This document shows, piece by piece, positions 1-9,884 of a stretch of DNA of 64,000 bases. The translations under genes were made by a program, and so were the position numbers. Position 1 is the first letter of the stretch. Each line of letters starts with the position of its first letter. Below the pieces are notes generated by a model. The model was not told where the DNA came from, searched no databases, and was given only the letters and a program-made list of their open reading frames with translations. This stretch comes from an uncultured Dehalococcoidia bacterium (lineage in GTDB: Bacteria; Chloroflexota; Dehalococcoidia; Lucifugimonadales; UBA1127): assembly GCA_913049785.1 (NCBI GenBank), contig CAJWXP010000001.1, positions 7,447 through 71,446 on the forward strand, written 5' to 3'.

Positions 1-684
1 GCCGATGCCGACGACTTCGCGGCTGGTGCAAGCGGCGCCTGGCCCAATGCCGACCAGGAGTCCCTGGATGCCGTTCTCCATGAGCTCCAGCGCCACGTCG
101 TAACCGACGCAGTTGCCCACGACGACGGGGATCTTGATCTGTTCAACCAGCTCTGAGAAGACAAGGCCGTGGTAGCTCTTGGAGATGTGCTTCGCTGTGG
201 TGACGGTGGATTGGACTACCAGCATGTCTGCCCCTGCCTCTACGGCAATGGGGGCGAAACGCTTGGCCTTCTGCGGCGTGACTGCTACAGCGCACTTCAC
301 ATCGCCGGCCTTGATCTCATGGACTCGTTGGGCAATAAGCTCCTCCTGGATCGGTGCGGTGTAGAGGCTTTGCAGCAGTGCGGTGGCTTGTTCCAACGGG
401 GTCTCAGCAACCTCCGCCAGCTTGTCCTCCGCGTCCTGGTATCGGGTCCACAGTCCCTCCAGGTTGAGGACGGCGATGCCGCCCTTCCTCCCCATCTGTA
501 TGGCGAAGCTCGGCGAGACTATGGCGTCCATGGCGGATGCCATCACGGGAATATCAAACTTCAGATCCCCGATGGACATGCTCATGTCGGCCTGCTCTGG
601 ATTGATGGTGACCTGCCCCGGGACAATGGCAACCTCGTCGAACCCATAACTGCGACGTATCTCCTTGAACTGGGGCACCGCCAT
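1..684 (-). CDS. guaB: GuaB3-family IMP dehydrogenase-related protein (partial, runs off left edge)
   Basis: Minus-strand ATG at 684 reads MAVPQFKEIRRSYGFDEVAIVPG..., later VGNCVGY...LLVGIGPGAACTSREVVGIG, the IMPDH catalytic Cys loop. Absent from the ORF track because there is no stop in the window. Confidence 0.88.
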   Translation of the reverse strand, partial: MAVPQFKEIRRSYGFDEVAIVPGQVTINPEQADMSMSIGDLKFDIPVMASAMDAIVSPSFAIQMGRKGGIAVLNLEGLWTRYQDAEDKLAEVAETPLEQATALLQSLYTAPIQEELIAQRVHEIKAGDVKCAVAVTPQKAKRFAPIAVEAGADMLVVQSTVTTAKHISKSYHGLVFSELVEQIKIPVVVGNCVGYDVALELMENGIQGLLVGIGPGAACTSREVVGIG

Positions 685-815
685 AAGCCACTTCCTTTCA
701 GCTTTTCAATATATTCGGGCGAGTGTATCAACGCACAAATTCATCGTCAATGAATTGTGATTCATGTTTTGACCGGTTTTGATGATCTCCATCTGGCCAT
801 CCTTGTGACAGCTAT

Positions 816-857
816 AAAAGAGAGGGGCCCGTCGCGCAGACGAGCCCCTTTCTTATT
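816..857 (-). terminator. Intrinsic terminator downstream of FAH gene
   Basis: AGAGGGGCCCGTC-GCGCA-GACGAGCCCCTTT hairpin flanked by A/T runs. Confidence 0.65.
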
Positions 858-898
858 TCATCCGTTCAGTATTTCTACAGATGAGGTTCATTGGTGGG

Positions 899-1663
899 TT
901 ATTCACTCACGACAGGGTTTCGGAGGACTCCGATGCCCGGAATCTCAACTTCAACCACATCGCCGGGCTGCAACTGACTGGTCTGGCCTGGTGTGCCGCT
1001 GTAGATGATGTCGCCGGGGTCCAGGGTGACATACTTGCTGATCTCTGCGATCACCGTTGGGATGTCAAAGATCAGGTCCTTGGAGTGGGCTTTGTTTGCG
1101 GTCTTCTCTCCGTTGACCAGCACCTGGATGGTGAAGTCAAAGGGGTCTATGTCCGTGCTGATGACGGGGCCAAGCGGGCCGAAGGTGTCTGCACCCTTGG
1201 CACGCCACCACTGCATGTCCTTCTCAGGGCCGTTCTGCCAATCGCGGGCGCTGACATCGTTGCCAATGGTGTAGCCCATGACGTAGTCAAGCGCATTTTC
1301 CTTGGAGACGTTCTTGGCCGTCTTGCCGATGATGATGACCAGCTCGCCTTCCTCGTCCACGCGACCTGCATCGGCTGGGAGGACGATGTTCTCGCCGTCA
1401 GCGATGATGCAGTTGTGAGGCTTGTAGAAGCCCTCTACGCGCTTGGGAGCGGGTCGCTCACCCAGATGGGTGCTGTAGTTCAGTGCGATGGCAACTACTT
1501 TGCCGGGGACGACGGGGGCCAGGAGTTGTACGTGCTCCAGCGGATGAGCGTGATCCGTGACCTGATAGTCTTCAAATGGTGTGGTGGTGATCTGTTTCAC
1601 CATACCGTCTTCTACAACGCCGTAGGCGATTTCGCCGTGAGCGAGGTACCGCGCGAACTGCAT
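899..1663 (-). CDS. Fumarylacetoacetate hydrolase family protein
   Basis: Start moved to MQFARY (AAAGGAGG RBS); motifs EEGELVIIIGK, GYTIGNDVSARDWQ, AKGADTFGPLGP, PGDIIYSGTPG. Confidence 0.92.
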   Translation of the reverse strand: MQFARYLAHGEIAYGVVEDGMVKQITTTPFEDYQVTDHAHPLEHVQLLAPVVPGKVVAIALNYSTHLGERPAPKRVEGFYKPHNCIIADGENIVLPADAGRVDEEGELVIIIGKTAKNVSKENALDYVMGYTIGNDVSARDWQNGPEKDMQWWRAKGADTFGPLGPVISTDIDPFDFTIQVLVNGEKTANKAHSKDLIFDIPTVIAEISKYVTLDPGDIIYSGTPGQTSQLQPGDVVEVEIPGIGVLRNPVVSE

Positions 1664-1884
1664 GAACCCTCCTTTTTGTCTCTGCCAACTCTTGATATTC
1701 AGACTAGTATAACGAAAAACGTCGCAATACCCAAGGGGTATTACGGAGCAATTCCCATATTGGAAATTAGGGCTTGTCTGGTTGAATCTAGAGCATAAAA
1801 GAAGGCGGCTCATCGCGCTTGATGTGTGAATCGCCGCCTATCTTTCGATACTCGCCAGCCAGGTGGGTACAGGGCCAGTCCGGC

Positions 1885-2964
1885 CTACGAGGGCTTGGTG
1901 GTGATGAAGTAGGAGTTCTCGATGTCGCCATCAACGCGCTTGATCTCCTCTACCTTCAGGCCGGTAGCCTCCAGCATCTCTTGGGCCAACTCGATCCCCC
2001 AGACGGTTCCAAGGCCTTCACCGCCCAGCGCCAGCGCCACCGTCATGCAGTGGAAGACGGAGAACGCAAAGAGCAGCGGCCCGATGGGGTGGTCGAGGTT
2101 CTTTTCAAGATGCGTAGACGCGTCCTCGTCCACCATCAGGTACGTGCCGCCGGGCTTGAGCGCATCTGCGATGGCTTGAAGCACCTGGCCGGGCTTGGCT
2201 TGGTCATGGATGGCGTCAAAGGACGTCATGAAATCGTACTTGCCTTTGACAGTGAGGTCGGAAACATCCTGGGCCTCAAAGGTCGCATTGGTCAGGCCCC
2301 AGGCATTGGCTTCGGCCCGCGCGGTGCTGAACCCCTCATCGGAGAAGTCGTAACCCACGAAGCGACTCTTCGGGAACGCCCGCGCCATGACGTTTATCGC
2401 ACGGCCCTGGCCGCACCCGATGTCCGCCACGTCGATACCGTGCTCAAGCTTCTCCGTCATGCCGGGAACCAGGGGCAGAATGGTGTCAACCATGGAGGCA
2501 TCGTGGACCATGGAGCTGATCTCACCCATGATCTTCTGGAACGTGGGGTACTGGGAGTACGGAACGCCGCCACCCTTGTGGAACGAATCTACGATCTGGT
2601 CCTCCACCAGGCCGAACAGCGCGAAGAACTGGGCAAAGGTTGCCAGATTGTCGGTGCCGGCAGCCTGGGTCATGAACGCTGCGTGTTCAGGTGGTAGCGC
2701 GTACGTCTTGCCGTCCGGTGTGTAGTCGATGATCCTGCTGACAACCATGCCACCGAGCCACTCACGAACGTACCGCTCGTTCAACTTGGCAGCATCGGCG
2801 ATCTGCTGGCTTGTTGATGGAGGCATATCACCCATCACATTGAACAGCCCCGTCCGATGACCAAGGCTGACCATCATGGCGGTGGATGCGTCATTAAGCA
2901 CCCCCATCATCCGGTCTGCGAATGCATCAGCTTTCCCTTGGTCTATATCGGAAATCGTAGTCAT
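1885..2964 (-). CDS. Class I SAM-dependent methyltransferase with N-terminal winged helix (Rv2258c-like)
   Basis: ERYVREWL wHTH; ADIGCGQG SAM motif; FDAIHD; SVFHCMTVALA...GLGTVWG. Confidence 0.9.
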   Translation of the reverse strand: MTTISDIDQGKADAFADRMMGVLNDASTAMMVSLGHRTGLFNVMGDMPPSTSQQIADAAKLNERYVREWLGGMVVSRIIDYTPDGKTYALPPEHAAFMTQAAGTDNLATFAQFFALFGLVEDQIVDSFHKGGGVPYSQYPTFQKIMGEISSMVHDASMVDTILPLVPGMTEKLEHGIDVADIGCGQGRAINVMARAFPKSRFVGYDFSDEGFSTARAEANAWGLTNATFEAQDVSDLTVKGKYDFMTSFDAIHDQAKPGQVLQAIADALKPGGTYLMVDEDASTHLEKNLDHPIGPLLFAFSVFHCMTVALALGGEGLGTVWGIELAQEMLEATGLKVEEIKRVDGDIENSYFITTKPS

Positions 2965-3086
2965 GTTTTTCTCTCCTTAGTCGTTATTTACCTAATTGGG
3001 GGTAGCTTCAAAACACGGTAAGATTGGAGCACAGTACAAACCAACACAGATGTCCGTCAGGGAGTATAGGTACAGGATGCATCCTG

Positions 3087-3758
3087 TTAGATGCCGGTGA
3101 TGCGAATAGACGAGTGGGCCTTGTACGTCCTATTGATGTTCAGTAGCAAGGCTGTCAGGTCCTCTACATAGCGCGAGTTTGCCAGCCCGCCGCCGTTCAC
3201 CGCACGGACGCCCAGGATCATCTCTGCTAGCCCCATGATCCGGGTCTTGGCTGAGTCGTCGTCGCTGCACACGATAACATCGCAGTCAAGGCTCCGGTCG
3301 GGCACCATGAGGTCTGCTGCGCTGATGTTGTGGAACGCGCTGACGATCTTGGAGTTGGGCAAGATCTGCGCCGCCTCTTCCGCTGCGGAGCCTGCTTCCA
3401 CGATCGTTGCGCTCGCTCGACCTTTCTCGAAGGCCAGCGGCACCACCACGTCTACGATGACCTTGTTTTTCAGTGATTCCGTCAGGGCTTTCAACGTGTC
3501 CTTGTGGGCTGCGTACGGCACCGCGATGAACACCGCGTCGCCGAGTTGAGCGTAGCCGGTGTTCGCTGCTTCTTCGTTCGCGCCACCACGGATGTAGTCC
3601 TTGGGCAGTCCTGCCGGGAGCAGCTCCTGGACTTCTGTCGCCGCTGCGAGCCCTCGCTCGGCGTCTCGTGAACCGATAAAGACCCGCTCCCCCGCAATTG
3701 CGAATCGCAGGGCAAGCCCTTTACCTTCCGGACCTGTTCCCCCAATGAAGGAGATCAT
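3087..3758 (-). CDS. npdG: NADPH-dependent F420 reductase
   Basis: MISFIGGTGPEGKGLALR, GSRD, GSAAE, SAFHNISA, DVIVCSDD, LLLNINRTYK. Confidence 0.9.
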   Translation of the reverse strand: MISFIGGTGPEGKGLALRFAIAGERVFIGSRDAERGLAAATEVQELLPAGLPKDYIRGGANEEAANTGYAQLGDAVFIAVPYAAHKDTLKALTESLKNKVIVDVVVPLAFEKGRASATIVEAGSAAEEAAQILPNSKIVSAFHNISAADLMVPDRSLDCDVIVCSDDDSAKTRIMGLAEMILGVRAVNGGGLANSRYVEDLTALLLNINRTYKAHSSIRITGI

Positions 3759-3972
3759 CTGCACCTCGTCAATAGGTATTGTCGACCGACAGGATAGAGC
3801 AGCCACGTCGTTCTTGGAAGGGCGACACAATATCATCACCTTGACTGTGCCCGAACCGCAACGGATACTGACGCGGATTTCATCGCATGTGCCCCCTTGA
3901 CTCATGTGAAACCGGTGCATGGACTAGCAACAGCGGAGCACTAGGGATTTAGCAAACGGCAGGAGACACCAA

Positions 3973-5157
3973 ATGAAACGAAGCACAGACAGGATACTGA
4001 CCACCCACGCGGGCAAGCTGCCCAACCCCACAAACATGGCGGAAGTGCAGAAGGCCAAGGCTTCTGGGGACCAAGCAAAGATCGATGACGTGGTGACGGC
4101 GGGCATCCTGGAAGCGTTCGTCCGGCAGCGTGAACTGAAGAACGATATTCACAGCGACGGCGAGTTCTGGAAGAGTCGTGACGAGACCTACTTCGCAGGT
4201 AGGACTACGGGAGTGGAAGCCAAGCCGGTCACTCCTGACAACCCGGCGTCCATGCTGGCCAACATGCAGGAGCGGCACAGCGGGCAGTTCGATGACTTCT
4301 ATGCGGCGTTCGACCGTGTGGGCAACACGCCCCAACCGGGACAGGACAACCCCGCTCCAACGCAGCGATGGGTCATCACCGGCGCTATGGAGAACAAAGA
4401 CGAGGCGTCCAGCAAACACGAAGTCGCAGTGGTCAAGGCCGCGCTGGAAAAGGCGGGCGTCGACAAGGAGGACTTCTTCTATCCGGTGCTGAGTCCGGGC
4501 TGGCTGGGTCATTCCCTGTGGAACGAGTACTACAAGACCGAGGAAGAGTACGTCTATGCGATGGCTGAGTTCTATCGTCAGGACTACGAGGCCGTGGCGG
4601 AGGCTGGGTTCCTCCTGCAGATCGACGACCCTGATCTGGTGGACGCCTTCTGCATGTTCACCCCAGCTAAAAGCGTTGAGGAGTACCGGAAGTACGTCGA
4701 CCTTCGCATCGAGGCGTTGAACTACGGTCTGCGCAACGTTCCAGAAGAACAGATCCGCTACCACACCTGCTGGGGAAGCTGGCACACCCCTCATGTTACA
4801 GACCTCCCCTTTGAGCACACGGTGGACATCATGCTCAAGGTGAAGGCCCAGGCTTACTCCGTTGAGGCGGCGGACGCGCAGCACATCCTGGACTACAAGG
4901 TCTGGGACAGGATCAAATTCCCGGACGGCAAGATATACATCCCAGGCGTAGTAGCTCACAAGACCACCACGGTGGAGACGCCTGAGGTGGTGGCAGACCG
5001 CATCATCACCTACGCAAACATCATGGGTAAAGAGAACGTAATCGCTGGGACAGACTGCGGTTACGGCGGCAGGACGTATCCGGACATCGCGTGGGCCAAG
5101 ATGCGGGCAATGGCGGCGGGCGCTGAGCTAGCAACCAAGCAACTCTGGGGCAAGTAG
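3973..5157 (+). CDS. Cobalamin-independent methionine synthase II family (MetE catalytic-domain-like) protein
   Basis: RILTTHAGKLP, DGEF, LQIDDP, Zn ligands HTCWG...E...GTDCG. Confidence 0.85.
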   Translation: MKRSTDRILTTHAGKLPNPTNMAEVQKAKASGDQAKIDDVVTAGILEAFVRQRELKNDIHSDGEFWKSRDETYFAGRTTGVEAKPVTPDNPASMLANMQERHSGQFDDFYAAFDRVGNTPQPGQDNPAPTQRWVITGAMENKDEASSKHEVAVVKAALEKAGVDKEDFFYPVLSPGWLGHSLWNEYYKTEEEYVYAMAEFYRQDYEAVAEAGFLLQIDDPDLVDAFCMFTPAKSVEEYRKYVDLRIEALNYGLRNVPEEQIRYHTCWGSWHTPHVTDLPFEHTVDIMLKVKAQAYSVEAADAQHILDYKVWDRIKFPDGKIYIPGVVAHKTTTVETPEVVADRIITYANIMGKENVIAGTDCGYGGRTYPDIAWAKMRAMAAGAELATKQLWGK

Positions 5158-5273
5158 TCAGGGCTCGCCTGCAGGAACACTGAATTGCTAAGGCATCGCG
5201 TGAAAAAAGAACGATGCTGGAGTAAACTATCGCATCAAGGTTTTTAAACCCGGAATTCGGGGAGGAGGACGAT

Positions 5274-5669
5274 ATGGGACTGAGTCTGGATCACACCATT
5301 GTTCCGTCCAAGGGCAAAGAGGCAGCGGCAAAGTGGATGGCAGGTATCCTGGGAGTGGAGTACACCGGAATGTGGGGCCACTTCGCTCCAGTCAAAATCA
5401 ATGATCTCTTGAGCTTCGACTTCGATGACCGCGAGGAGTTTGAGTCTCACCACTATGCTCTACTGGCCACCGATCAAGAGTTCGATGAGATATTGGACAG
5501 GGTCAAGGGAGAGGGTATCCCGTACGGCAGTGGCCCCCGGGCACGCACAGATATGGAGATCAATCACCTCCACACCGGGCGTGGCTTCTACTTTGAGGAC
5601 AAGGATCGCCACGTTTGGGAAGTCATCACCCACACCTATGGAGAGTTTCCCGGCCAGTCGCAACCTTAG
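5274..5669 (+). CDS. VOC/glyoxalase family protein
   Basis: LDHTIVPS...HHYA...EFDEILDR...GRGFYFEDKDRHVWEVIT; GGAGG RBS. Confidence 0.88.
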   Translation: MGLSLDHTIVPSKGKEAAAKWMAGILGVEYTGMWGHFAPVKINDLLSFDFDDREEFESHHYALLATDQEFDEILDRVKGEGIPYGSGPRARTDMEINHLHTGRGFYFEDKDRHVWEVITHTYGEFPGQSQP

Positions 5670-5694
5670 CAACTAACCACGAATAGCGAAAAAC

Positions 5695-5732
5695 AACGAA
5701 CCCGCTTCACGTTGATTGGGGCGGGTTCGTTG
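5695..5732 (+). terminator. Hairpin terminator
   Basis: CAACGAACCCGC...GCGGGTTCGTTG inverted repeat after the VOC gene. Confidence 0.6.
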
Positions 5733-5767
5733 CGTCAAGCGGCCTTTCTTGTGTAACCGCCAGGCAT

Positions 5768-5790
5768 ATGAGTCCAGGGTCTCACCCTGG
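5768..5790 (+). promoter_or_regulatory. Palindromic box CCAGGG-N5-CCCTGG upstream of CitE-like operon
   Basis: ATGAGTCCAGGGTCTCACCCTGG; near-identical copy at 42088-42109 (minus strand) and related copies at 24577 and 24695. Confidence 0.5.
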
Positions 5791-5808
5791 TGTGATATCC
5801 TGCCAGGT

Positions 5809-6723
5809 ATGGAAGCGGGTACACGAGTGCTGGTACGTCGATCCCTGCTGGTGGTGTCACCACTGGACGATAGGGGACTTACGGACGCAGCCAATAGCGT
5901 AGCCGACGCCATAGTGGTCGATCTGACCTCCCGCGTTCCCAAACCCCAACGTGATGACGCACGCCGTGCCACTCCGTCCGCGGTGGAACGCCTGTCGGGC
6001 AGCGGCGCTGAGTTGCTTCTGTGGACGGACCCTAAGGGCGTTTCGGCTGACCTTGCGGCCTGCGGATTTGAAGCTATCACCGGAGTGGTTGCAGCCGTTG
6101 ATACACCTGAGGAAGCTAACAGTATCGACGAAGCCCTGGCTACGTGGGAATCGGCCAACAACATCCCAAACGGCACGCTGACCATGGAGCTTGTCCTTGC
6201 ATCTGCCAAAGCTGTGGGCAACGTAGACCAACTAGCGGCTGCCAGCCGTCGTATCGCGGCGATGGCCCTTGACGATGAAACGCTGCTGTGTGAAATGGGC
6301 GTTGCATCTTCTGGCCCTTCAGACAGGTTGCTCTATCAACGGGGTAAGATGGTCATGTCCGCCCGGTCGGCAGGGATACAGGTACACGCACTGGGGCATA
6401 TAGGCGACAGCCTCGTCGACCGCGCAGTCGCAGCTCGCCAGGCCGGACTTCGAGGGGCATTGTGCTTCAACTCGATTGAAGTCCTGGCTCTTAATACCGG
6501 TTTTAGTCCCCTTATCGAAGAAATCGAGGCCGCGAGACAAGTTCTGGAAGTCATGCAGGAAGCTGTCGATGGCGGTCGCGGCGCGGTTGCCGTGTCCAGC
6601 GGACAGATGGCAGACCTGGCCAACGTCCGGGGCGCGCAGGCCATCATCGCGTGGAGCGAAGCCGTCGAAGCCCGAGAATCTCTTCGCAGGCAGCCTGCCT
6701 CGTCGCAAATAAGCCTGGAGTGA
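5809..6723 (+). CDS. CitE/HpcH aldolase-citrate lyase family protein, degenerate active site
   Basis: RRSLL...ADAIVVDL fold signature, but DLED reads DLTS, RVN reads WTD, IE reads LA. Confidence 0.75.
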   Translation: MEAGTRVLVRRSLLVVSPLDDRGLTDAANSVADAIVVDLTSRVPKPQRDDARRATPSAVERLSGSGAELLLWTDPKGVSADLAACGFEAITGVVAAVDTPEEANSIDEALATWESANNIPNGTLTMELVLASAKAVGNVDQLAAASRRIAAMALDDETLLCEMGVASSGPSDRLLYQRGKMVMSARSAGIQVHALGHIGDSLVDRAVAARQAGLRGALCFNSIEVLALNTGFSPLIEEIEAARQVLEVMQEAVDGGRGAVAVSSGQMADLANVRGAQAIIAWSEAVEARESLRRQPASSQISLE

Positions 6724-6754
6724 TAGACAACTCGACTCAAGAAAGGGAAACCTT

Positions 6755-8263
6755 TTGGCTATAGAGGATTACATACAACCCGGCGAGCGTATCGTTGCTG
6801 AGTGCGCGGGGGTGTATGCCACAAACCATCGAATCATCCACTACACGCCGCGGTCAAAGAGCCTGACCTTCCGTGAGTATGCTTACCCCCAGATCACAGC
6901 GCTCAAGCTGGTGCCGAAAGCACGTTTCTCCACGGTGTTTCTTGGCTTCATCGTCACATTGCTCAGCCTTCTAGCCGGACCCGGCAGCCCCTTTCAAGTA
7001 GGTGTTGCAGCTCTGGGAGTGGGCGCAATGGGGATGGGGCTTCTCCTGGGTGACCGGTATCTGGAGGTCACCGGCGACGCGGACGACGGTAAACCTGCTC
7101 AGTGGCGACTGAGAGATGCTTCCGACAAAGAGAGCAAAGAGTTCCTAGCGGCTGCGCGAGCTGCGATGGCTGGCCCTCCTGCACTGGTTGCTGTAACACC
7201 CGCCATAGTCATAGAAACATCGATGTCTGGCACCGTGCCGAGATCAGTCCTATTGATTCCCGCCGACCAGCCTTCGCAAGTGCGATCCGCGCTGGAAAGC
7301 GTCGCGGACGTTGTTTGCATCGATATGGCTGACCTGGTGCATCCTGCCAACCGGGCCGCAGCCCGACTCATGATGTGGGGAGAGGTCACTGCGGCAGCAC
7401 GATCATCCAAGGGCGTTTGGGCACAAATCGGCGTGGAGTCGCTTCAAGAGGATCTGGAAGCCTGTGTGTGGCCCGGTCTTGGCGCTGTCGTCGCACACGT
7501 GGACTCCGCTGAGGCTGTACGCGGGTTGGACGATGCACTAGCCGCCTGGGAGAAGGAACGGGACGTGCAATCCCAAGTGAGCATCGTGGTTGCTCTGGAC
7601 ACCGCCGCTGCGGTCTGGTCTGTCCGCGAGACCCTTGTTGCAAGCCCAAGGGTATTGGCAGCGGCTGTCGGGGGGCAAGACCTCCTCCACCTGCCGGAAA
7701 CTATCTCACCGAGACAACTCTTCTCAGCTCAGGAATACATGCAGGGTCGGATAGCCGCTGGGGCGATCGAAGCCGGCGTGCCGATGCTGGGAAAGATCGG
7801 CACAGACATCGCGCTGGGACATCTGGCTGAGGCTTTAGGGACAATCGTAGATACTCGAATATTCCGGGCTGCACAGACGGCTCGCGGCGATGGGTTCCAC
7901 GGCGCAGTCACCACTCACCTTGAGGCCCTAAGCGCCTGCAACACAGCCTTCCCGCTTTCCGTGCCAATGCTGACCCCGCTACAACCACCGGCCCCATTGG
8001 CCGCGCATCTGCAACCCGTTGTGCCATCGCACTTTGAACTGGCGCAGATTGCTCCGCAAACAACTCCGACTCCCTCAGCTTATAACCCTGTAGTGCCGTC
8101 CCACTTCGACGTTAAACCACAAACAATGCCGCCGGTGCCCGAGAGATCGCGACCCGTCGCGGCTCCACGCGGGCTAAAGTCCTTGCCGCTGTCGCCCAGT
8201 AATTGGCGACCGGTAGTGCCGTCACATTTTGGGCGTGTCGTCCCACCTCCTGAGGCTGGCTAG
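6755..8263 (+). CDS. Fusion: N-terminal membrane-anchored domain + degenerate CitE-like domain + Pro-rich tail with 3x PVVPSHF
   Basis: Two hydrophobic helices at about aa 58-98; PRSVLLIPAD...ADVVCIDMAD...ACVWPGL CitE-like core; repeats at 8015, 8087, 8210. Confidence 0.75.
   Translation: MAIEDYIQPGERIVAECAGVYATNHRIIHYTPRSKSLTFREYAYPQITALKLVPKARFSTVFLGFIVTLLSLLAGPGSPFQVGVAALGVGAMGMGLLLGDRYLEVTGDADDGKPAQWRLRDASDKESKEFLAAARAAMAGPPALVAVTPAIVIETSMSGTVPRSVLLIPADQPSQVRSALESVADVVCIDMADLVHPANRAAARLMMWGEVTAAARSSKGVWAQIGVESLQEDLEACVWPGLGAVVAHVDSAEAVRGLDDALAAWEKERDVQSQVSIVVALDTAAAVWSVRETLVASPRVLAAAVGGQDLLHLPETISPRQLFSAQEYMQGRIAAGAIEAGVPMLGKIGTDIALGHLAEALGTIVDTRIFRAAQTARGDGFHGAVTTHLEALSACNTAFPLSVPMLTPLQPPAPLAAHLQPVVPSHFELAQIAPQTTPTPSAYNPVVPSHFDVKPQTMPPVPERSRPVAAPRGLKSLPLSPSNWRPVVPSHFGRVVPPPEAG
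8015..8230 (+). repeat. Three protein-level repeats PVVPSHF
   Basis: 8015-8035, 8087-8107, 8210-8230: identical peptide, differing synonymous codons. Confidence 0.9.
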
Positions 8264-8273
8264 GCTTCCGGCG

Positions 8274-9230
8274 ATGACCTTCGTCCGCCGCTCCATGCTG
8301 TTCACCCCTGCCAACGTGCGTCGCTTTGTGGAGGGCGTCTGGAAGCACAGCCCCGACATGGTGGTGCTTGACATTGAGGACTCGGTGGCGCCCGACCAGA
8401 AGCAGTCGGCGCAAGCCATGATGCAGGACGCCATACCCCTGGCTGCGCGAGGTGGCGCAGAGGTCGCAGTGCGCGTGAACAGTGACACCGTGGCAGAGGA
8501 CTGCAACGCCGCGATATGGCCCGGCTTGTGTGCCGTGGTACTCCCCAAGGCTGAAACTCAAGAGCAGATCACAACGTTGGACGCCCTACTCACCCGACTT
8601 GAAGCCGAGCGTGGCCTGCCTCCTATGTCTGTGGAGATCATGCCCATGATAGAGTCGGCGATAGGGGTCCAGAACGCCTACGCAATCGCCTCTGCCAGCA
8701 GGCGTATCAAATCGTTCGGCGTGCTGGGAGAAGCGGATCTCACGGCCGACCTGGGAGCATCGTTCGACGCACTGCAATCCCACGACGTGCTTGCGTACCC
8801 ACGTGGCGAGGTTGGCCTAGCAGCATGCGCTCTGGGACTGACGGTAAACGGTCGAGCGTGGACACCGGGCAAAGCGACCATCGCCGACTACGGCGACCTC
8901 GAAGCTCTAGAACGGTCTATGCGGGCTTCGTGGTTGGCGGGGTGTCGCAGCACCTTCTGCATCCATCCCCGACAGGTGGCCGCCGCAAACGAGCACCTGC
9001 GCCCATCGGCGTCAGACGTTGCTCAGGCTTCCGAGATGGTGCGAGCGTACACAGAGGCCGACCGGGCACGGCTGCCTTACGGCGTGCTTGACGGGTTGGT
9101 CGTTGACGCCAAAAGCGCCCAGACTGCTCAGAACATCATCGATTACGCGGCGGCGTGTGATGCCAAAGATGCAGCCAAGGCCAGCCGTCGCGCCAAGTTG
9201 GAAGTCGAGGCACGCAATGAGCCTGTATAA
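8274..9230 (+). CDS. CitE-like CoA ester lyase (malyl/citramalyl-CoA lyase family), intact motifs
   Basis: RRSMLFTPAN, LDIEDSV, VRVN, LPKAE, MIES, GEADL, CIHPRQV. Confidence 0.88.
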   Translation: MTFVRRSMLFTPANVRRFVEGVWKHSPDMVVLDIEDSVAPDQKQSAQAMMQDAIPLAARGGAEVAVRVNSDTVAEDCNAAIWPGLCAVVLPKAETQEQITTLDALLTRLEAERGLPPMSVEIMPMIESAIGVQNAYAIASASRRIKSFGVLGEADLTADLGASFDALQSHDVLAYPRGEVGLAACALGLTVNGRAWTPGKATIADYGDLEALERSMRASWLAGCRSTFCIHPRQVAAANEHLRPSASDVAQASEMVRAYTEADRARLPYGVLDGLVVDAKSAQTAQNIIDYAAACDAKDAAKASRRAKLEVEARNEPV

Positions 9231-9884
9231 AGCGGTGTTGTTTGATCTTGATGGCACTCTGATCACCGCGTTGCGGCGTTCGGACGTGTAGCCGGAGCAC
9301 TGCACGAGGACGAGCCAGCGATTCAAGCTGCACTATCACGGGAGAAGTTCGTTGAGCAGATGCTGACGTGGGACGAGGATGGATACGCTCCCAGGGAAGA
9401 TGTGTATAGTCTGGTTCTCAAATTATGGCCTGGCGTGACCCGCTCTCTCCAGGACCTGCTGGCATTCCACAACCGGACACAACCCGTCTCCACGTTGCCT
9501 GATGAACGAGTTGTGGTATTTTTGCGGGAGTTGCACGACGCCGGAGTGCGTTGGGGTGTTATCACTAATGGAGGCTCGACCCAACGACCAAAAATCGAAT
9601 CGTCAGGGTTTGGAGACATCATGCCGTTCGTCGTCGTGTCTGGCGAAGTTGGGTACGAGAAGCCAGACCCACGCATCTACCAGGACGGGTTGAAGCAGCT
9701 AGGCGATGTATCGGCCGCAAACACGCTCTTCGTGGGCGACAACGTCGAAACGGACATTGGTGGTGCGCAGTCGGCCGGAATGGCAACGGCGTGGGTGCGG
9801 CGAGGTAGCGAATGGCCAGCAGCCAATGAGCCGCCCAGCTACGAGGTCGACCATGTGGACGAGCTACGGTCAGTGTTGCTCTAG
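9217..9884 (+). pseudogene. HAD-family hydrolase with 1-nt frameshift near 9264
   Basis: MSLYKAVLFDLDGTLI in one frame; restoring one base (ATC [G]AC CGC GTT GCG...) joins it to the 9360-9884 ORF with ITNG, KPDPRIY, VGDNVETDI. Confidence 0.8.
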
